A stretch of 64,000 nt of DNA from Nostoc sp. DedSLP01 (GTDB taxonomy: Bacteria; Cyanobacteriota; Cyanobacteriia; Cyanobacteriales; Nostocaceae): positions 64,001 to 128,000 of the forward strand of contig JAVRCJ020000021.1 of assembly GCA_034530875.2 (NCBI GenBank), given 5' to 3'. The notes under the pieces were generated by a model. It was not told the DNA's origin and did no database searches. It saw only the letters and a list, made by a program, of their open reading frames with translations. This document shows, piece by piece, positions 28,171-38,295 of this stretch. Made by a program: the position numbers and the translations under genes. Numbering within the stretch: the stretch's first letter is position 1; each line of letters begins with the position of its first letter.

Positions 28171-30510
28171 CTATAATTTCTGGAATTTTTTGCTGATAAA
28201 GATAAATATAGTACTACTCAGTAGCAAAGAAATCATTGGTGGTACTAAGGGTATCCAGCCGCCTTGAGTTAATAGAATTAAGCAAAATCCAAATAACGTA
28301 ACTGATGCTGCGATTACAGAAATACTGATGTAAGCTATTTTGCGAAGATACCAAGCTAGTAGGCTACCTGTCAAAGACCATACCCAAACCCAGCAAATAT
28401 CAGCCCATTGCCTCCAAACCCATAACATGGGTCTTTGGTCTAAAGCAGCACTGAGTATTTCACTGACCATTTGTGCCTGAATTATTACGCCTGGAATGAT
28501 ATCTGAAGGGTTTTTTCCATCTGGTGTATACCAGTAATCGCTACTACTGTTACTGGTGACGCCAATCAGAATAATCCGGTTTTTCAGGGCATTTGGATTA
28601 ACTTGTCCGTTCAAGACTTGGCTGAGGGTGACTTGGGGTGCGATCGCTTGCACGGAGGGCGAAAAACGGTAATTTAGTAAAATCTGACTACCTTGGGCAT
28701 CTATGGACTGATAACCGCCAGCCCGATTTTGTAACTGTGGGAAAGTTTTATTTCCCAGTTGCAAATCCCAATTTTCGGTAAATTTGGCTGTAATTCCCTG
28801 TTTTTTCAAGTAGAGAAATGCTAGCTGCACGCTAAAGGCAGAAGCAGCAGTACAAGTTGACGAAATTGGGTTGGGAGTCATCGCCAACAAATGACGGCGC
28901 AGTACGCTATCGTTGTCTTCCACAAAATCGCTAAAACCTAACCGTGTTTCTGGTATTTCCGGCGGGGGTGCAATGCCTGTGGGGTCGTATTTGGGATCGG
29001 CACGTTTACAAATTGCAAAAAAGCGATCGCTTTTTTGCATCCGCTTGGCTAGTTCTGGGTAGTTGGCGCTGACTGGAAAATCTCGGTATATATCTAAACC
29101 TATAGCTGCTGGCTGGTATTGTTCCAGTTTAGTTAGTAAGAGATTGAAATACTTGTCGGATAACGAACCTTGCCGCGGTTCTTGTCCTTGCGCTTGAATA
29201 TCCTGGTCGGTGACAGTTATTACCAAAAGCCGCGAGTCCGGTTGTTCTTTTGGTCGCAGTTGCATTAATTGGTCGAATGCATCTAATTCTAGGGCTTGCA
29301 GCCCACCGAATAACCGTATGAATACGACAATTAAACTCACGCTGAAGCTATTAAAAAAAACTAGCGGTAACTGCCTCAAATTCGGACGCGGCAGATATAA
29401 ACCCAACCTCTGACCGCAGATATCCTGCCAAGTGGGGGAAATTTCTGCTGGGTTTTGGCAAATCACAGGTAGCCAAGTAGCGCAGGGAAAATCATGTTCT
29501 AGAGATTGTAATCTTTCTCTGGCTTCCCTAACGGCTGCATATAAAGTTTTACCCTGGGAAAAAAGTGCCAAAAAGTGCTTCAAAAATTCCTGTGCTACCC
29601 CGTCTGGTACGGGTTCGCGCATGACAATTACCTGGGGTAAATGCAAATCGGCTAAATCTTGCGCTAATCCCAAACCATCGCAAGAGTTAAAAATTGCTAA
29701 TTGCAAACCTTGAGCGATCGCCTTTTGTAAACCATACTTTAATTGGTCAATAGTTAAACTTTCCCCAGAATTGAGCATCATTCGCCCTTTGCCTTGGCTG
29801 GAACTATGCCCCGCAAAAAAAAGAATGTCCCAGCCTGACTTCCATAATTGTTCTGTGAGTTGGGAACGGTTGGGTTCGACTAAAAACTTGAGTTCCGTAT
29901 GAGGTAATTGTCGCAGTAAATTTTGGTCTTTTTCGATATCGATACCGTGGCGATCGCCTAAAATTGCTAAAATCCTGACTTTACCTTTACTCTTTTGAGG
30001 ATTTGTCTTCACAGAACGCGTATATTCTGGCGGACTCAGGGCAATTTCAGCTTGTGGATAATCGCTAAAAAAATGCCACAGACACCAAGGAAGCTTTAAA
30101 ACCTGCTCAGATTCAGCAGTAATTATGCAGCGGATTTCTTCTTTTGGTGAAAGTTGAGTGCGTAGTTTGCGGTCAATATTGAGAAACAGCGAACTATTTA
30201 GCCATGTATTTAGACTGTCTTGTAATTCTTGGCAGAGGTTGTCAAACTCTGCTTGGGAAATATGCGTAACATCTTCTTCATCAATTTCAAAGTCTGCAAT
30301 ATTGCCACTGCGCCAACCCAAACTAGCATACAAAGCTGTATACATTTGTTGCCAACGTTGATAAAGATACTCCAATTGTGGTGCAGCAGGCAATCCACCT
30401 GTAAACTGCATGGGAGTAGGAGTATCCGTTTGCCAAAGTTGAGCTGTGACCGTGGGAAAGCCTTGGCGTAAGTTTCCTTTTCCTAAGTTAAGGACGATTT
30501 GTTTACTCAT
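28171..30510 (-). CDS. CHAT (HetF-type) plus CHASE2 domain membrane protein
   Basis: FFAGHS and AIFNSC dyad motifs, TM helix, CHASE2 motifs (IGLDIYRD, GV.IQAQMVS), three C-terminal TMs. Confidence 0.9.
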   Translation of the reverse strand: MSKQIVLNLGKGNLRQGFPTVTAQLWQTDTPTPMQFTGGLPAAPQLEYLYQRWQQMYTALYASLGWRSGNIADFEIDEEDVTHISQAEFDNLCQELQDSLNTWLNSSLFLNIDRKLRTQLSPKEEIRCIITAESEQVLKLPWCLWHFFSDYPQAEIALSPPEYTRSVKTNPQKSKGKVRILAILGDRHGIDIEKDQNLLRQLPHTELKFLVEPNRSQLTEQLWKSGWDILFFAGHSSSQGKGRMMLNSGESLTIDQLKYGLQKAIAQGLQLAIFNSCDGLGLAQDLADLHLPQVIVMREPVPDGVAQEFLKHFLALFSQGKTLYAAVREARERLQSLEHDFPCATWLPVICQNPAEISPTWQDICGQRLGLYLPRPNLRQLPLVFFNSFSVSLIVVFIRLFGGLQALELDAFDQLMQLRPKEQPDSRLLVITVTDQDIQAQGQEPRQGSLSDKYFNLLLTKLEQYQPAAIGLDIYRDFPVSANYPELAKRMQKSDRFFAICKRADPKYDPTGIAPPPEIPETRLGFSDFVEDNDSVLRRHLLAMTPNPISSTCTAASAFSVQLAFLYLKKQGITAKFTENWDLQLGNKTFPQLQNRAGGYQSIDAQGSQILLNYRFSPSVQAIAPQVTLSQVLNGQVNPNALKNRIILIGVTSNSSSDYWYTPDGKNPSDIIPGVIIQAQMVSEILSAALDQRPMLWVWRQWADICWVWVWSLTGSLLAWYLRKIAYISISVIAASVTLFGFCLILLTQGGWIPLVPPMISLLLSSTIFIFISKKFQKL

Positions 30511-30519
30511 AATTTATGT

Positions 30520-30678
30520 CACGCAGAGACGCTCCAGACGCAGAGAGTAAGAGTTGAGGAGAGTTTATTTTTGAGTTTCTGAGCAACGTCAAAACTCTTT
30601 ATCCTCTTTGCGCCTCTCTCTTGAAAAGTTCAGATCGCCGGAAGCCGGCGCTCCGACTTTTCGCTGCGTCTCTGCGTG
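30520..30678. repeat. Composite inverted-repeat element (CACGCAGAGACGC...GCGTCTCTGCGTG)
   Basis: 13-bp terminal inverted arms; related left end near 22129. Confidence 0.65.
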
Positions 30679-30691
30679 AAACAATACCCAT

Positions 30692-31837
30692 TTAACTTTC
30701 AAACTCCTCCATAAAATTGAAATCATCTAAAACAACCTGAAGACTAAACCGTGTATTTTGAGGACATTTAAATCGTTTGAGTTGAATTGAATTATCTGTT
30801 TCCCTTGCTTGCACTGACTGCACAATTTCTCCGGAAGCAGAAATCAATGCCAAACTAATATTTCTAGGGAGATAGAAATTGCGTTCTTTAGGATACAGTT
30901 GAGCGCGGATTCCTACTCTACCATCTATTTCTGCCGTCAATGTCAACATTAACACTACAGCTTGATTGTTATTTGGTAACTCAATTTCCCTAACTCGTTG
31001 GATTGACTGCTCAGCTGTATCGTTAACCTGACGGAAGCTAAAGGCAAAATCTGGTTGCGTACCCAAGTAACTTTCTATTGTTTGCCAGCTATCTGCAACT
31101 ATATTTTGCAACCACTGACGCAAGTTAACAAGTGCTGGCTTCTGTGTAGTAAATCTTTGCGGCCAGTCTTCCCTATTTAATAAGGCTCCCCAAATTTCAA
31201 AAGGCAATTCCAAGCGAGGATTAGTAATTGTTGGACTTGTTAATCTTTGCCAGAGATTTTCTACTTGAGTAGCTGATAAAACAGGTAAAGGAGCCAGAGC
31301 TGTTTGTGTTTGTTCTTCAGGATATAGTTGACGTACTACCCAAAGCACATTTAAATCCTCAATCATTTGAGTAGCATCTAATGAGTAAGTCCGTTCTTGG
31401 TAATCGTAGCTACCTTGATTTTTTAATTGTTCGTGGGTAGTATAGCCCCAAATTCTCATCCACTCACCATCGGGATTAACTTGTACTGCTAAATAATAAT
31501 CTCCTACCCATCGAGGAATATCTATCCATTCTTGGGGTACAGAAAATTCTCTAGTTTCTAAACTTTTATCTGGAATTAAAATTAAACGTTTTGTATCGAT
31601 ATTTATAGCAGTGCCGTTGACCAATTCCCAACTGATTGGCAATGTGTCAATAGTAGCTTCTGGTACGTATTCTGCTTGCAACCAAGGCAAAAAAGTACTG
31701 AGGCATACTTGATTGAGAAAAACATTCCAACGGCTACGGGGACTAACGCTAGACTGGCTTTGCTGCCAAGATTGATTTTGAACTTCAGGAGATACCTCCA
31801 ACCACAGCTGAGTCGGGGGAACACAAAATGATGACAT
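30692..31837 (-). CDS. DUF1822 family protein
   Basis: WELVNGTAI, VPQEWIDIP.W.GDYYLAVQV, WGYTTH..LK, NLRQWL motifs. Confidence 0.88.
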   Translation of the reverse strand: MSSFCVPPTQLWLEVSPEVQNQSWQQSQSSVSPRSRWNVFLNQVCLSTFLPWLQAEYVPEATIDTLPISWELVNGTAINIDTKRLILIPDKSLETREFSVPQEWIDIPRWVGDYYLAVQVNPDGEWMRIWGYTTHEQLKNQGSYDYQERTYSLDATQMIEDLNVLWVVRQLYPEEQTQTALAPLPVLSATQVENLWQRLTSPTITNPRLELPFEIWGALLNREDWPQRFTTQKPALVNLRQWLQNIVADSWQTIESYLGTQPDFAFSFRQVNDTAEQSIQRVREIELPNNNQAVVLMLTLTAEIDGRVGIRAQLYPKERNFYLPRNISLALISASGEIVQSVQARETDNSIQLKRFKCPQNTRFSLQVVLDDFNFMEEFES

Positions 31838-31839
31838 AA

Positions 31840-33057
31840 CTACTGCTCCTTTGAGGGCTGAGGTTGCAAATTACTGAAATAATTTTGTAACCATTCCTCT
31901 AATACTGCACTAATATGTTTAACCACGTTGGAAGTCGGAGAAATATGCATTGTTTCTTGACTCCATTTGGCGATCGCTAGTAATAAAGATTCTCTCGTTT
32001 TCGCCAATTGCCGCGATACTTGATATTGCTGGATTTGCTGTTGTTTGGCAATTTGTTGTTGAGTCAGACCTTGTTGATAGTACAATTGCAGCAATTCTTG
32101 CGATTGTGGAGGCAACTTTCCCAAGGTAGTAATTAATAAATTCTGGATTTCTTGTTGTTGATTTTTTTGAGTTTCCGCTTCTTCTTTAGCGATTAAATCT
32201 GCCAGTAAAGATTCATTTTGAGTAGTATCTGGTAAATCATCTTGTAATTCACTATCAGCTTGACCTGTTTTCGGCGCGTTGAGTGAAGAAACCACAGGAT
32301 ATAAATAAGAACGTGCGTGTTTTGCGGATAACAGCAGCCATTTTTCTAGAGTTTGGGCGTTGGATTCTGTGCTTGGTGGGTTAAGTTGCGTTAAGCGGTC
32401 GCGGTTGTAGAGTTGAGCAATTGCTTCCCAGGTATCTTGGTTTGGTCTTTGCAACTTCCGCACACCTGGCGATTTCCCCAAAATGTAACCATCGACAAAA
32501 CATTTCCAAGCTAACAAGTAACAAGCAATAGTTTCATCTGTTAGCCCAGCATTTTGCAAAGATTCCTGTAGTCGTTTGCGGCTTAACTTCAGTAATAATG
32601 CCCAATCGTTACAAAAATCTATTTCTTGTTTTTGCCGCAAAGCATCACGAATTACATTGCCAAAAGCCACATTGCTGTAGCTTTTGAGACTGGCTTTTTG
32701 GTCAGGATCGCAGGCTTTGAGGATTTTTGGTAGTTCTGCGATCGCTATTTGAAAACAATCAGACAAGGTACACTGGACGCTAGCAATTTGAGGAATCGTC
32801 CTTGTTGCTGACCAATAACAAGTTTCTTGCAAATAAGCTGATAGATGTGCCTCAGCTAGAGAGTTAGGCTGATTTTGCCAATTTTTATGCCAGTAAATTG
32901 CCCAAAAATTTTCTGAGTTTTTCGTTTCTGATATCTGTAGCAAGCGATTTTGGATACTGCGCCGTAGTTTGGCATCATATACCCAACAGTTAAAGCGATC
33001 GGCTTCAAATTGAATAAAGGTTGAAAATATTTCTAAGATTTTCTGGCGAGGACGCAT
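31840..33057 (-). CDS. Atypical sigma-70 family RNA polymerase sigma factor (cyanobacterial group 3/4-like)
   Basis: HLSAYLQE.CY, region-2-like LKSYSNVAFGNVIRDALRQ, region-4 HTH (LLQLYYQQGLTQQQIA...VSRQL); ATG 33057. Confidence 0.85.
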   Translation of the reverse strand: MRPRQKILEIFSTFIQFEADRFNCWVYDAKLRRSIQNRLLQISETKNSENFWAIYWHKNWQNQPNSLAEAHLSAYLQETCYWSATRTIPQIASVQCTLSDCFQIAIAELPKILKACDPDQKASLKSYSNVAFGNVIRDALRQKQEIDFCNDWALLLKLSRKRLQESLQNAGLTDETIACYLLAWKCFVDGYILGKSPGVRKLQRPNQDTWEAIAQLYNRDRLTQLNPPSTESNAQTLEKWLLLSAKHARSYLYPVVSSLNAPKTGQADSELQDDLPDTTQNESLLADLIAKEEAETQKNQQQEIQNLLITTLGKLPPQSQELLQLYYQQGLTQQQIAKQQQIQQYQVSRQLAKTRESLLLAIAKWSQETMHISPTSNVVKHISAVLEEWLQNYFSNLQPQPSKEQ

Positions 33058-33232
33058 GAATTCAAAAGGATAAACCTTCAAAAACAAGTATACTTGTTAC
33101 TTTCGCTCGTGAGTTCGCTAGGCCATCTCATGTCCAGTTGCAGAGGTTCGTGAAGACTGACACGGAGAGTATGAATCCAAATGTAGAGACGTTGCAATGC
33201 AACGTCTCTCCGATTTACCCGTGAAAAATGCC

Positions 33233-33601
33233 TTACAACTTCCGCATATTTTGACTGATGGGGTCAAAACCTTTAGAAAAGCGGGTACTTTCATCGTAAT
33301 AAGCACCAGTCAAATCTGCTCCATACAACTTGGCATATTTGAGTTTGGCTCCCCGAAGATTTGCTTCATTAAGTTTGACACCACTCAAATTTGCTCTGGT
33401 CAAATTTGCTCTGGCTAAATTAGCTCTACTCAAATCTGCTCCCCAGAGTTTGGCTTTAGCTAGATTAGCTCCAGTCAAATCAGATCCCCATAAATTAATT
33501 CCAGGAAAGTGGACTCCAATCAACCTGTACCGACTCAAGTTGAGGGCTGGAAAATATCTTTCCCCTGCGGCATAACGCCTTTTCAATTCCTCAGCATCCA
33601 T
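33233..33601 (-). CDS. Pentapeptide repeat protein
   Basis: MDAEELKRRYAAGERYF start and A(D/N)LxX repeats. Confidence 0.92.
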   Translation of the reverse strand: MDAEELKRRYAAGERYFPALNLSRYRLIGVHFPGINLWGSDLTGANLAKAKLWGADLSRANLARANLTRANLSGVKLNEANLRGAKLKYAKLYGADLTGAYYDESTRFSKGFDPISQNMRKL

Positions 33602-33914
33602 GCATCACATTCACCTTTTTCAGTAATACAGAAGTAATTTGTTCCCATTCTTGATTTAACCCTCCTGCAAACTCTTGCTGGCCGCTGCGCCGATACCAGT
33701 AACGCGCGTTGTTCAAATCGCCTTCTTTGCGGTGCAGGTAAGCATGAACCCAAGCACTATCACTATCGCTGGCATTTTGAACTATTTCATGAGCTTTACT
33801 CCAATCACCTTTTTGGTCATGCCACATTGCTTGCAGCGCTTTTGGCAATGTCTGAGGACATGGGCGCTGTTTTTCCATCAATCGCAAGAATTCTTCTGTA
33901 TTCACGATCGCCAC
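33591..33914 (-). CDS. Conserved hypothetical protein (WVHAYLHRKEGD motif)
   Basis: Recognisable AH...WVHAYLHRKEGD..NA.YWY pattern; overlaps the pentapeptide gene start. Confidence 0.8.
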   Translation of the reverse strand: MAIVNTEEFLRLMEKQRPCPQTLPKALQAMWHDQKGDWSKAHEIVQNASDSDSAWVHAYLHRKEGDLNNARYWYRRSGQQEFAGGLNQEWEQITSVLLKKVNVMHGC

Positions 33915-34092
33915 CCAACGAAAATCAAACTTCTATTTCTAAGATACTCCTCAGGGGGGTAGGGGAAGCAGGAGGTGTGGGAGGTGTGGGAGGTGTGGGA
34001 GGATGGGGAAGAAATCTTTCCCCCCACACTCCCCCATCTCCTCATCTCCCCATCTCCCCACCCCTCCTGCTTCCCCAATGCCCAATGCCCTT

Positions 34093-34692
34093 TCATATCC
34101 GCTTGACTGGAATAACTTCAAACTCGAAAGTATTAATTAAACGGTCATTAACATAGACCTCTATTTTATATTTACCAAGCGGATCGCCAGGAGCGATCGT
34201 CCAAAAATTCTCGATAGTGCCGTCGGGAGCAGACTCTGTGCGCCGCGTGGTAGATGTAGTACCATCTGCTGAAATTGAGAAGTCTTCGCCATTATCTGTA
34301 CCCCAAGTTTGTGGAGGTTTTGGCAAACGTAAGACTTCGCGCCACTTAACTTCACCTTGGTAATCTTTCAGTTTCATTCGCCACCCGTAAGCGATTCCTT
34401 CCTGGAGTGGCACTGTTTTTGTCTGCAAAATGGTAACGTTACCTTTGGCGTCAACTCTCTTCAACCCGAACTCAGCGTTACTGATAATAATCGGTTTGCT
34501 ATTTCTTGGTGCAAGCGTAGGTGTAGGAAATGGTGTGATATTTTGTACAACAATAGAATTAGCGTTGATTGGCTTAGAAGTTATGATTCCAAATATTAGC
34601 CAAGAAGCAGCTAGCACAGCAGTAGTAGCCAAAATTCTCATGAGTATGGTTTTCCTGTCAGACGTTTGGTACTTATTCAAGTAATCTGACAT
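34093..34692 (-). CDS. Hypothetical exported or membrane-anchored protein
   Basis: N-terminal hydrophobic helix; beta-rich domain ending GDPLGKYKIEVY. Confidence 0.75.
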   Translation of the reverse strand: MSDYLNKYQTSDRKTILMRILATTAVLAASWLIFGIITSKPINANSIVVQNITPFPTPTLAPRNSKPIIISNAEFGLKRVDAKGNVTILQTKTVPLQEGIAYGWRMKLKDYQGEVKWREVLRLPKPPQTWGTDNGEDFSISADGTTSTTRRTESAPDGTIENFWTIAPGDPLGKYKIEVYVNDRLINTFEFEVIPVKRI

Positions 34693-34944
34693 ATTTTCCG
34701 GCTCAAAGATACTTCTAATTCGACAAAATACTTTTCCTAACTACTAGCAATGGCAATAATATAAACCTATATTCAGAACGCTATTCTCAATCCAAAATCT
34801 AAAATCCGTCTTGAAAAGTTTGAATCAATGTTTCCTTTGCATTGGGTTAACAGCTTGGTTGCATAAAAACAACCTACTGTTTTTAATTTAGAGTTTTAAT
34901 GATGTTATAGTAATAATTATTACAAATATTTTATACACTTCAAA

Positions 34945-35625
34945 ATGTCTATTTTTAATTCTTTAAAAAAATTACTAATAATTTTGGTATATTTTGGAAT
35001 GACAGGTACTTCATTTGCTTCTGAAGATTCAAAATGTCAAGTAATGGGTTACTTGTTTCTCAAAAAAAATTACTACAATAAAAATATTTCTAATTTTTTG
35101 GTAATAAATGAAATTCGTACCCCTAAAATAATAAATCGCGTTATGCAAGACTTAAAACTAAGTAATATTAATGCTCAGTCTATTTCACCAGAAGAGTTGA
35201 TGATAAATTTGAAGGTTGAAAAGCTTCAAAGTCTTGAATATAGCGAGATTTTCAAGATTTCATATTCCCATACAGATTTGAATTTAGCAGCAGAAGTTAT
35301 TAAGAGTGTAATGCACAACTATATTGAAGAATCTACGCTTCAATTTAAACAAAAAGCTCCAATCTCAAAAAGATTAATTGAAAATGATTTAGTTGTAAAA
35401 AAAGAACAAATAAGGATTGTCCAACAAGAACTTAGGAAGTTATGCGAATCGAGATATCCAAATAAAAACCAAATGTCTAAGTATTCAACTAATTTAAACC
35501 AGCTTCATATAGAATATGCAAATTTATTGACTAGGTTGCAAGAAATAATTGTTGCAGAAAATCAATCACTTGGAAACAAGTTTATCGACAGAAAATGCTC
35601 AAATTCTCGTTCTAGCAGATTATAA
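34945..35625 (+). CDS. AT-rich hypothetical protein resembling a GumC/Wzc periplasmic fragment
   Basis: IFKISYS..D...AAEVI..V...YI pattern plus coiled coil; very low GC. Confidence 0.55.
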   Translation: MSIFNSLKKLLIILVYFGMTGTSFASEDSKCQVMGYLFLKKNYYNKNISNFLVINEIRTPKIINRVMQDLKLSNINAQSISPEELMINLKVEKLQSLEYSEIFKISYSHTDLNLAAEVIKSVMHNYIEESTLQFKQKAPISKRLIENDLVVKKEQIRIVQQELRKLCESRYPNKNQMSKYSTNLNQLHIEYANLLTRLQEIIVAENQSLGNKFIDRKCSNSRSSRL

Positions 35626-35761
35626 ATATAATAAATAATTAGTTGACTCCAAAATAAAAAATATTGTGAGCCAGGATTACAGTTAATTATAAGCTGCTAA
35701 AAATTAAAAGCAAAAACTAGCAGATGACTTAATGAAAACTAGTTTGGTTTCTACAATTCTA

Positions 35762-36358
35762 TTAATGAATAATAGATTTTGAGTTAGAATTAATCATGTT
35801 TGATGCATCACAACCTTTTTCAATCGTGTGATAACTTCTTCGCCATTTTTCTAGATAATCTATAGATATCGATCTAGATGTCACATTCACCCCATTTCCT
35901 CGCCAAGCCACTTCTGGATCTGTTGTGAAAACGCCGCATTCTAAGTGATCCAGCCTAATATTCCAATATTCACTAAAACGGCCTTTTAAAGTAATAACTT
36001 GCTCAAATACCTTATTTCTGTGTTTATTTCTTCTTTTTCTTTCTGTTGCTCCTGTTGCTTCTGTATCAATAAATTTAGTTTCAATTAAAAACAAAGTACC
36101 TTTATACGTCAGGTAAACAAAATCGCACTTTCCTAAATCTGTATAATCAGATATTGGCGATTTTTCAAATAACAATAATTCAGCGCACGAGGGAAACAAG
36201 TCTTTAATATTCAAAAATAAATAAGCTTGCAACAGGAGTTCTTTATCATAAGGAAATAACAGCACCCCTTCAAAAAATTTCTTAATGTCCTCGTGAGTTT
36301 GGGGTTGAATTCTTTTGCAGTATGAAACAAATTTATGTAGCTCGTTAACGGTCATCAA
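35762..36358 (-). CDS. Hypothetical protein with a PD-(D/E)xK nuclease-like motif
   Basis: E.LLQAY...GKCDFVY...LFLIETK...QV pattern. Confidence 0.6.
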   Translation of the reverse strand: MMTVNELHKFVSYCKRIQPQTHEDIKKFFEGVLLFPYDKELLLQAYLFLNIKDLFPSCAELLLFEKSPISDYTDLGKCDFVYLTYKGTLFLIETKFIDTEATGATERKRRNKHRNKVFEQVITLKGRFSEYWNIRLDHLECGVFTTDPEVAWRGNGVNVTSRSISIDYLEKWRRSYHTIEKGCDASNMINSNSKSIIH

Positions 36359-36556
36359 GTTTTAACTCCTTCCCCCTGTCGCAGCCTCAAGGCCTATGGC
36401 ATAAAAAGATACCATCTACTTCAGAAAAATTTCATCCGCATAAGTAACTAAAAAAACTTGCAAAATCGTAAATACTTAAGGCAATCTACTGTTGACAGTC
36501 GAGTAAAACTGCTAACTAAATAGCTTTCAGTACTGCTGGAATTTTTACTTTTTAAA

Positions 36557-37909
36557 TCAGCTACCAGTCAGTGATTTTATATGAGCAGAAAATCTAGCGT
36601 TTTGTAAAGCTTGAACGGTGATTCTAGAATCTTGTACGCAAAATTGCCAACCCAAGCGAACAAGTTTACGCGAATTTTCAGTTTGAATAATTCCGATAAC
36701 TGGCATTTTTGCCTTTTCTTTATCTGGTGAATGCTCTTGCAAAATTGTTTTTAAGCGATGTAATTCTTCGATATTAACTGCTTGCTGGGGATTTAATTCG
36801 ACCATCACCATTTGTACTGTTTCCACTGGTTCTGCATCTTCAAGAATAAATTGAGTTTGCTCATCACGTCGGTCTACTTTTCCCCAAACAATTAATCTAG
36901 TATCAACTTGCAGTAGCGAGCTAATACGTTCGTAGATTTTGGGAAAAACTACCGCTTCTACTTGTGTAGTTAAGTCTTCTATTTGTAAAATTGCCATCGG
37001 GTCGCCTTTTTTAGTAACGACTTTTTTGACATTATTCAACATGACAACTGCACAAAGTCTTGTATCGTCCCTTTGTTCGCCAAGCTGTGAAAGGTTAATC
37101 GGGGTCAAAAGTGGTGCTATTTGCCGTAAAGATTTTAGTGGATGATCTGATACATAAAAGCCTAATAGTTCCTTCTCCATTTGTAATTTTTTCTGTGGAG
37201 GAAAATCCAGCACAGGTTTAGCTTTAGGAGCAATTTCAAAGGCATTATTTGCTCTTTTATTTGGAGTTGCAGAAAATCCGTCGCCTAATAAATCAAAAAG
37301 ATTCCCTTGACCGCTGGCTCTATCTTTAGCGCGAGATTGTGCCCAATCATATACTAATTCTAAGTCATTAATCAATTGTTGGCGGTTGGGTTCAAGTTTA
37401 TCAAATGCTCCACAGTAAATGAGCGATTCGAGAGTCCGGCGGTTAACTGCACGTAAATCCACGCGATCGCAAAAATCAGCTAAAGACTTAAACTCTCCTC
37501 CTTCATTTCTGGCTGATAAAATATTGGCGATCGCATTTTGTCCTACATTACGTACCGCCGAAAATCCAAACAAAATCTTTCCTGCTGTCGGTGTAAAATC
37601 AACACCAGAACGGTTAATATCTGGCGGATCTATGGGGATACCCATATTTGTACAGTTAGTGATATATTTCTGTACTTTATCTGTATCGCCACTGTTAGCC
37701 GTTAACAGTGCCGCCATATATTCCAATGGATAATTAGCTTTTAAATATGCTGTTTGATAAGTTACATAACCGTAGGCAGTAGAATGGGATTTATTGAAAC
37801 AATTGGAAGCAATTAAACCATTTGCGATCGCAAAATTATGGTCGCGTTCTACCCCAATATCATAGACATTTTGTCTGCCTAAATATTTGCGTGTCACTAT
37901 TTTTACCAT
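36557..37909 (-). CDS. dnaE: DNA polymerase III alpha subunit, C-terminal half, with split intein C-fragment
   Basis: 36-aa intein-C, then CFNKSHSTAY; EKELLGFYVSDHPL; OB-fold region. Confidence 0.97.
   Translation of the reverse strand: MVKIVTRKYLGRQNVYDIGVERDHNFAIANGLIASNCFNKSHSTAYGYVTYQTAYLKANYPLEYMAALLTANSGDTDKVQKYITNCTNMGIPIDPPDINRSGVDFTPTAGKILFGFSAVRNVGQNAIANILSARNEGGEFKSLADFCDRVDLRAVNRRTLESLIYCGAFDKLEPNRQQLINDLELVYDWAQSRAKDRASGQGNLFDLLGDGFSATPNKRANNAFEIAPKAKPVLDFPPQKKLQMEKELLGFYVSDHPLKSLRQIAPLLTPINLSQLGEQRDDTRLCAVVMLNNVKKVVTKKGDPMAILQIEDLTTQVEAVVFPKIYERISSLLQVDTRLIVWGKVDRRDEQTQFILEDAEPVETVQMVMVELNPQQAVNIEELHRLKTILQEHSPDKEKAKMPVIGIIQTENSRKLVRLGWQFCVQDSRITVQALQNARFSAHIKSLTGS
37802..37909 (-). 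other. DnaE split intein C-fragment (trans-splicing)
   Basis: MVKIVTRKYLGRQNVYDIGVERDHNFAIANGLIASN|CFN junction. Confidence 0.97.
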
Positions 37910-38295
37910 CCTACCCCCCTCGTAGAAGCAAATTCCGCAAACAAAATTAATTGGTAATAATGATGAAAATTGTAGATTGAGTATTACTGATAATACAAGT
38001 CCTCAACAAACAAAACATTGATATACTCTTACACAAAATTAATCACAATATATCAAAAGTTTAATAAACAAATAACCAAACAGTTAATAGCTATATAACT
38101 GAGGTTTTAAAGACACATTAAACATATTTCAATATATAGGAATCTGCTTAGTCCGGGCATTAGTCATTAGTCATTAAGTCATCAGTCATTAGTCATTAGT
38201 TTTCCCCTGCCTCCTGCCCTCTGCCCCCAATACCCCATACCCAATCAAGTCAATATGTACTAAAATCAAGGACTTGAGTCACAAAGAGAGCAGTC

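Noticed and set aside
33827..34156. Short ORFs over the GGAGGTGTG/CCCCATCT repeats
   Set aside because: Translations of intergenic short tandem repeats
34860..34867. Third copy of the shared promoter (TGCATAAA)
   Set aside because: No CGTGTAAC element at the required spacing
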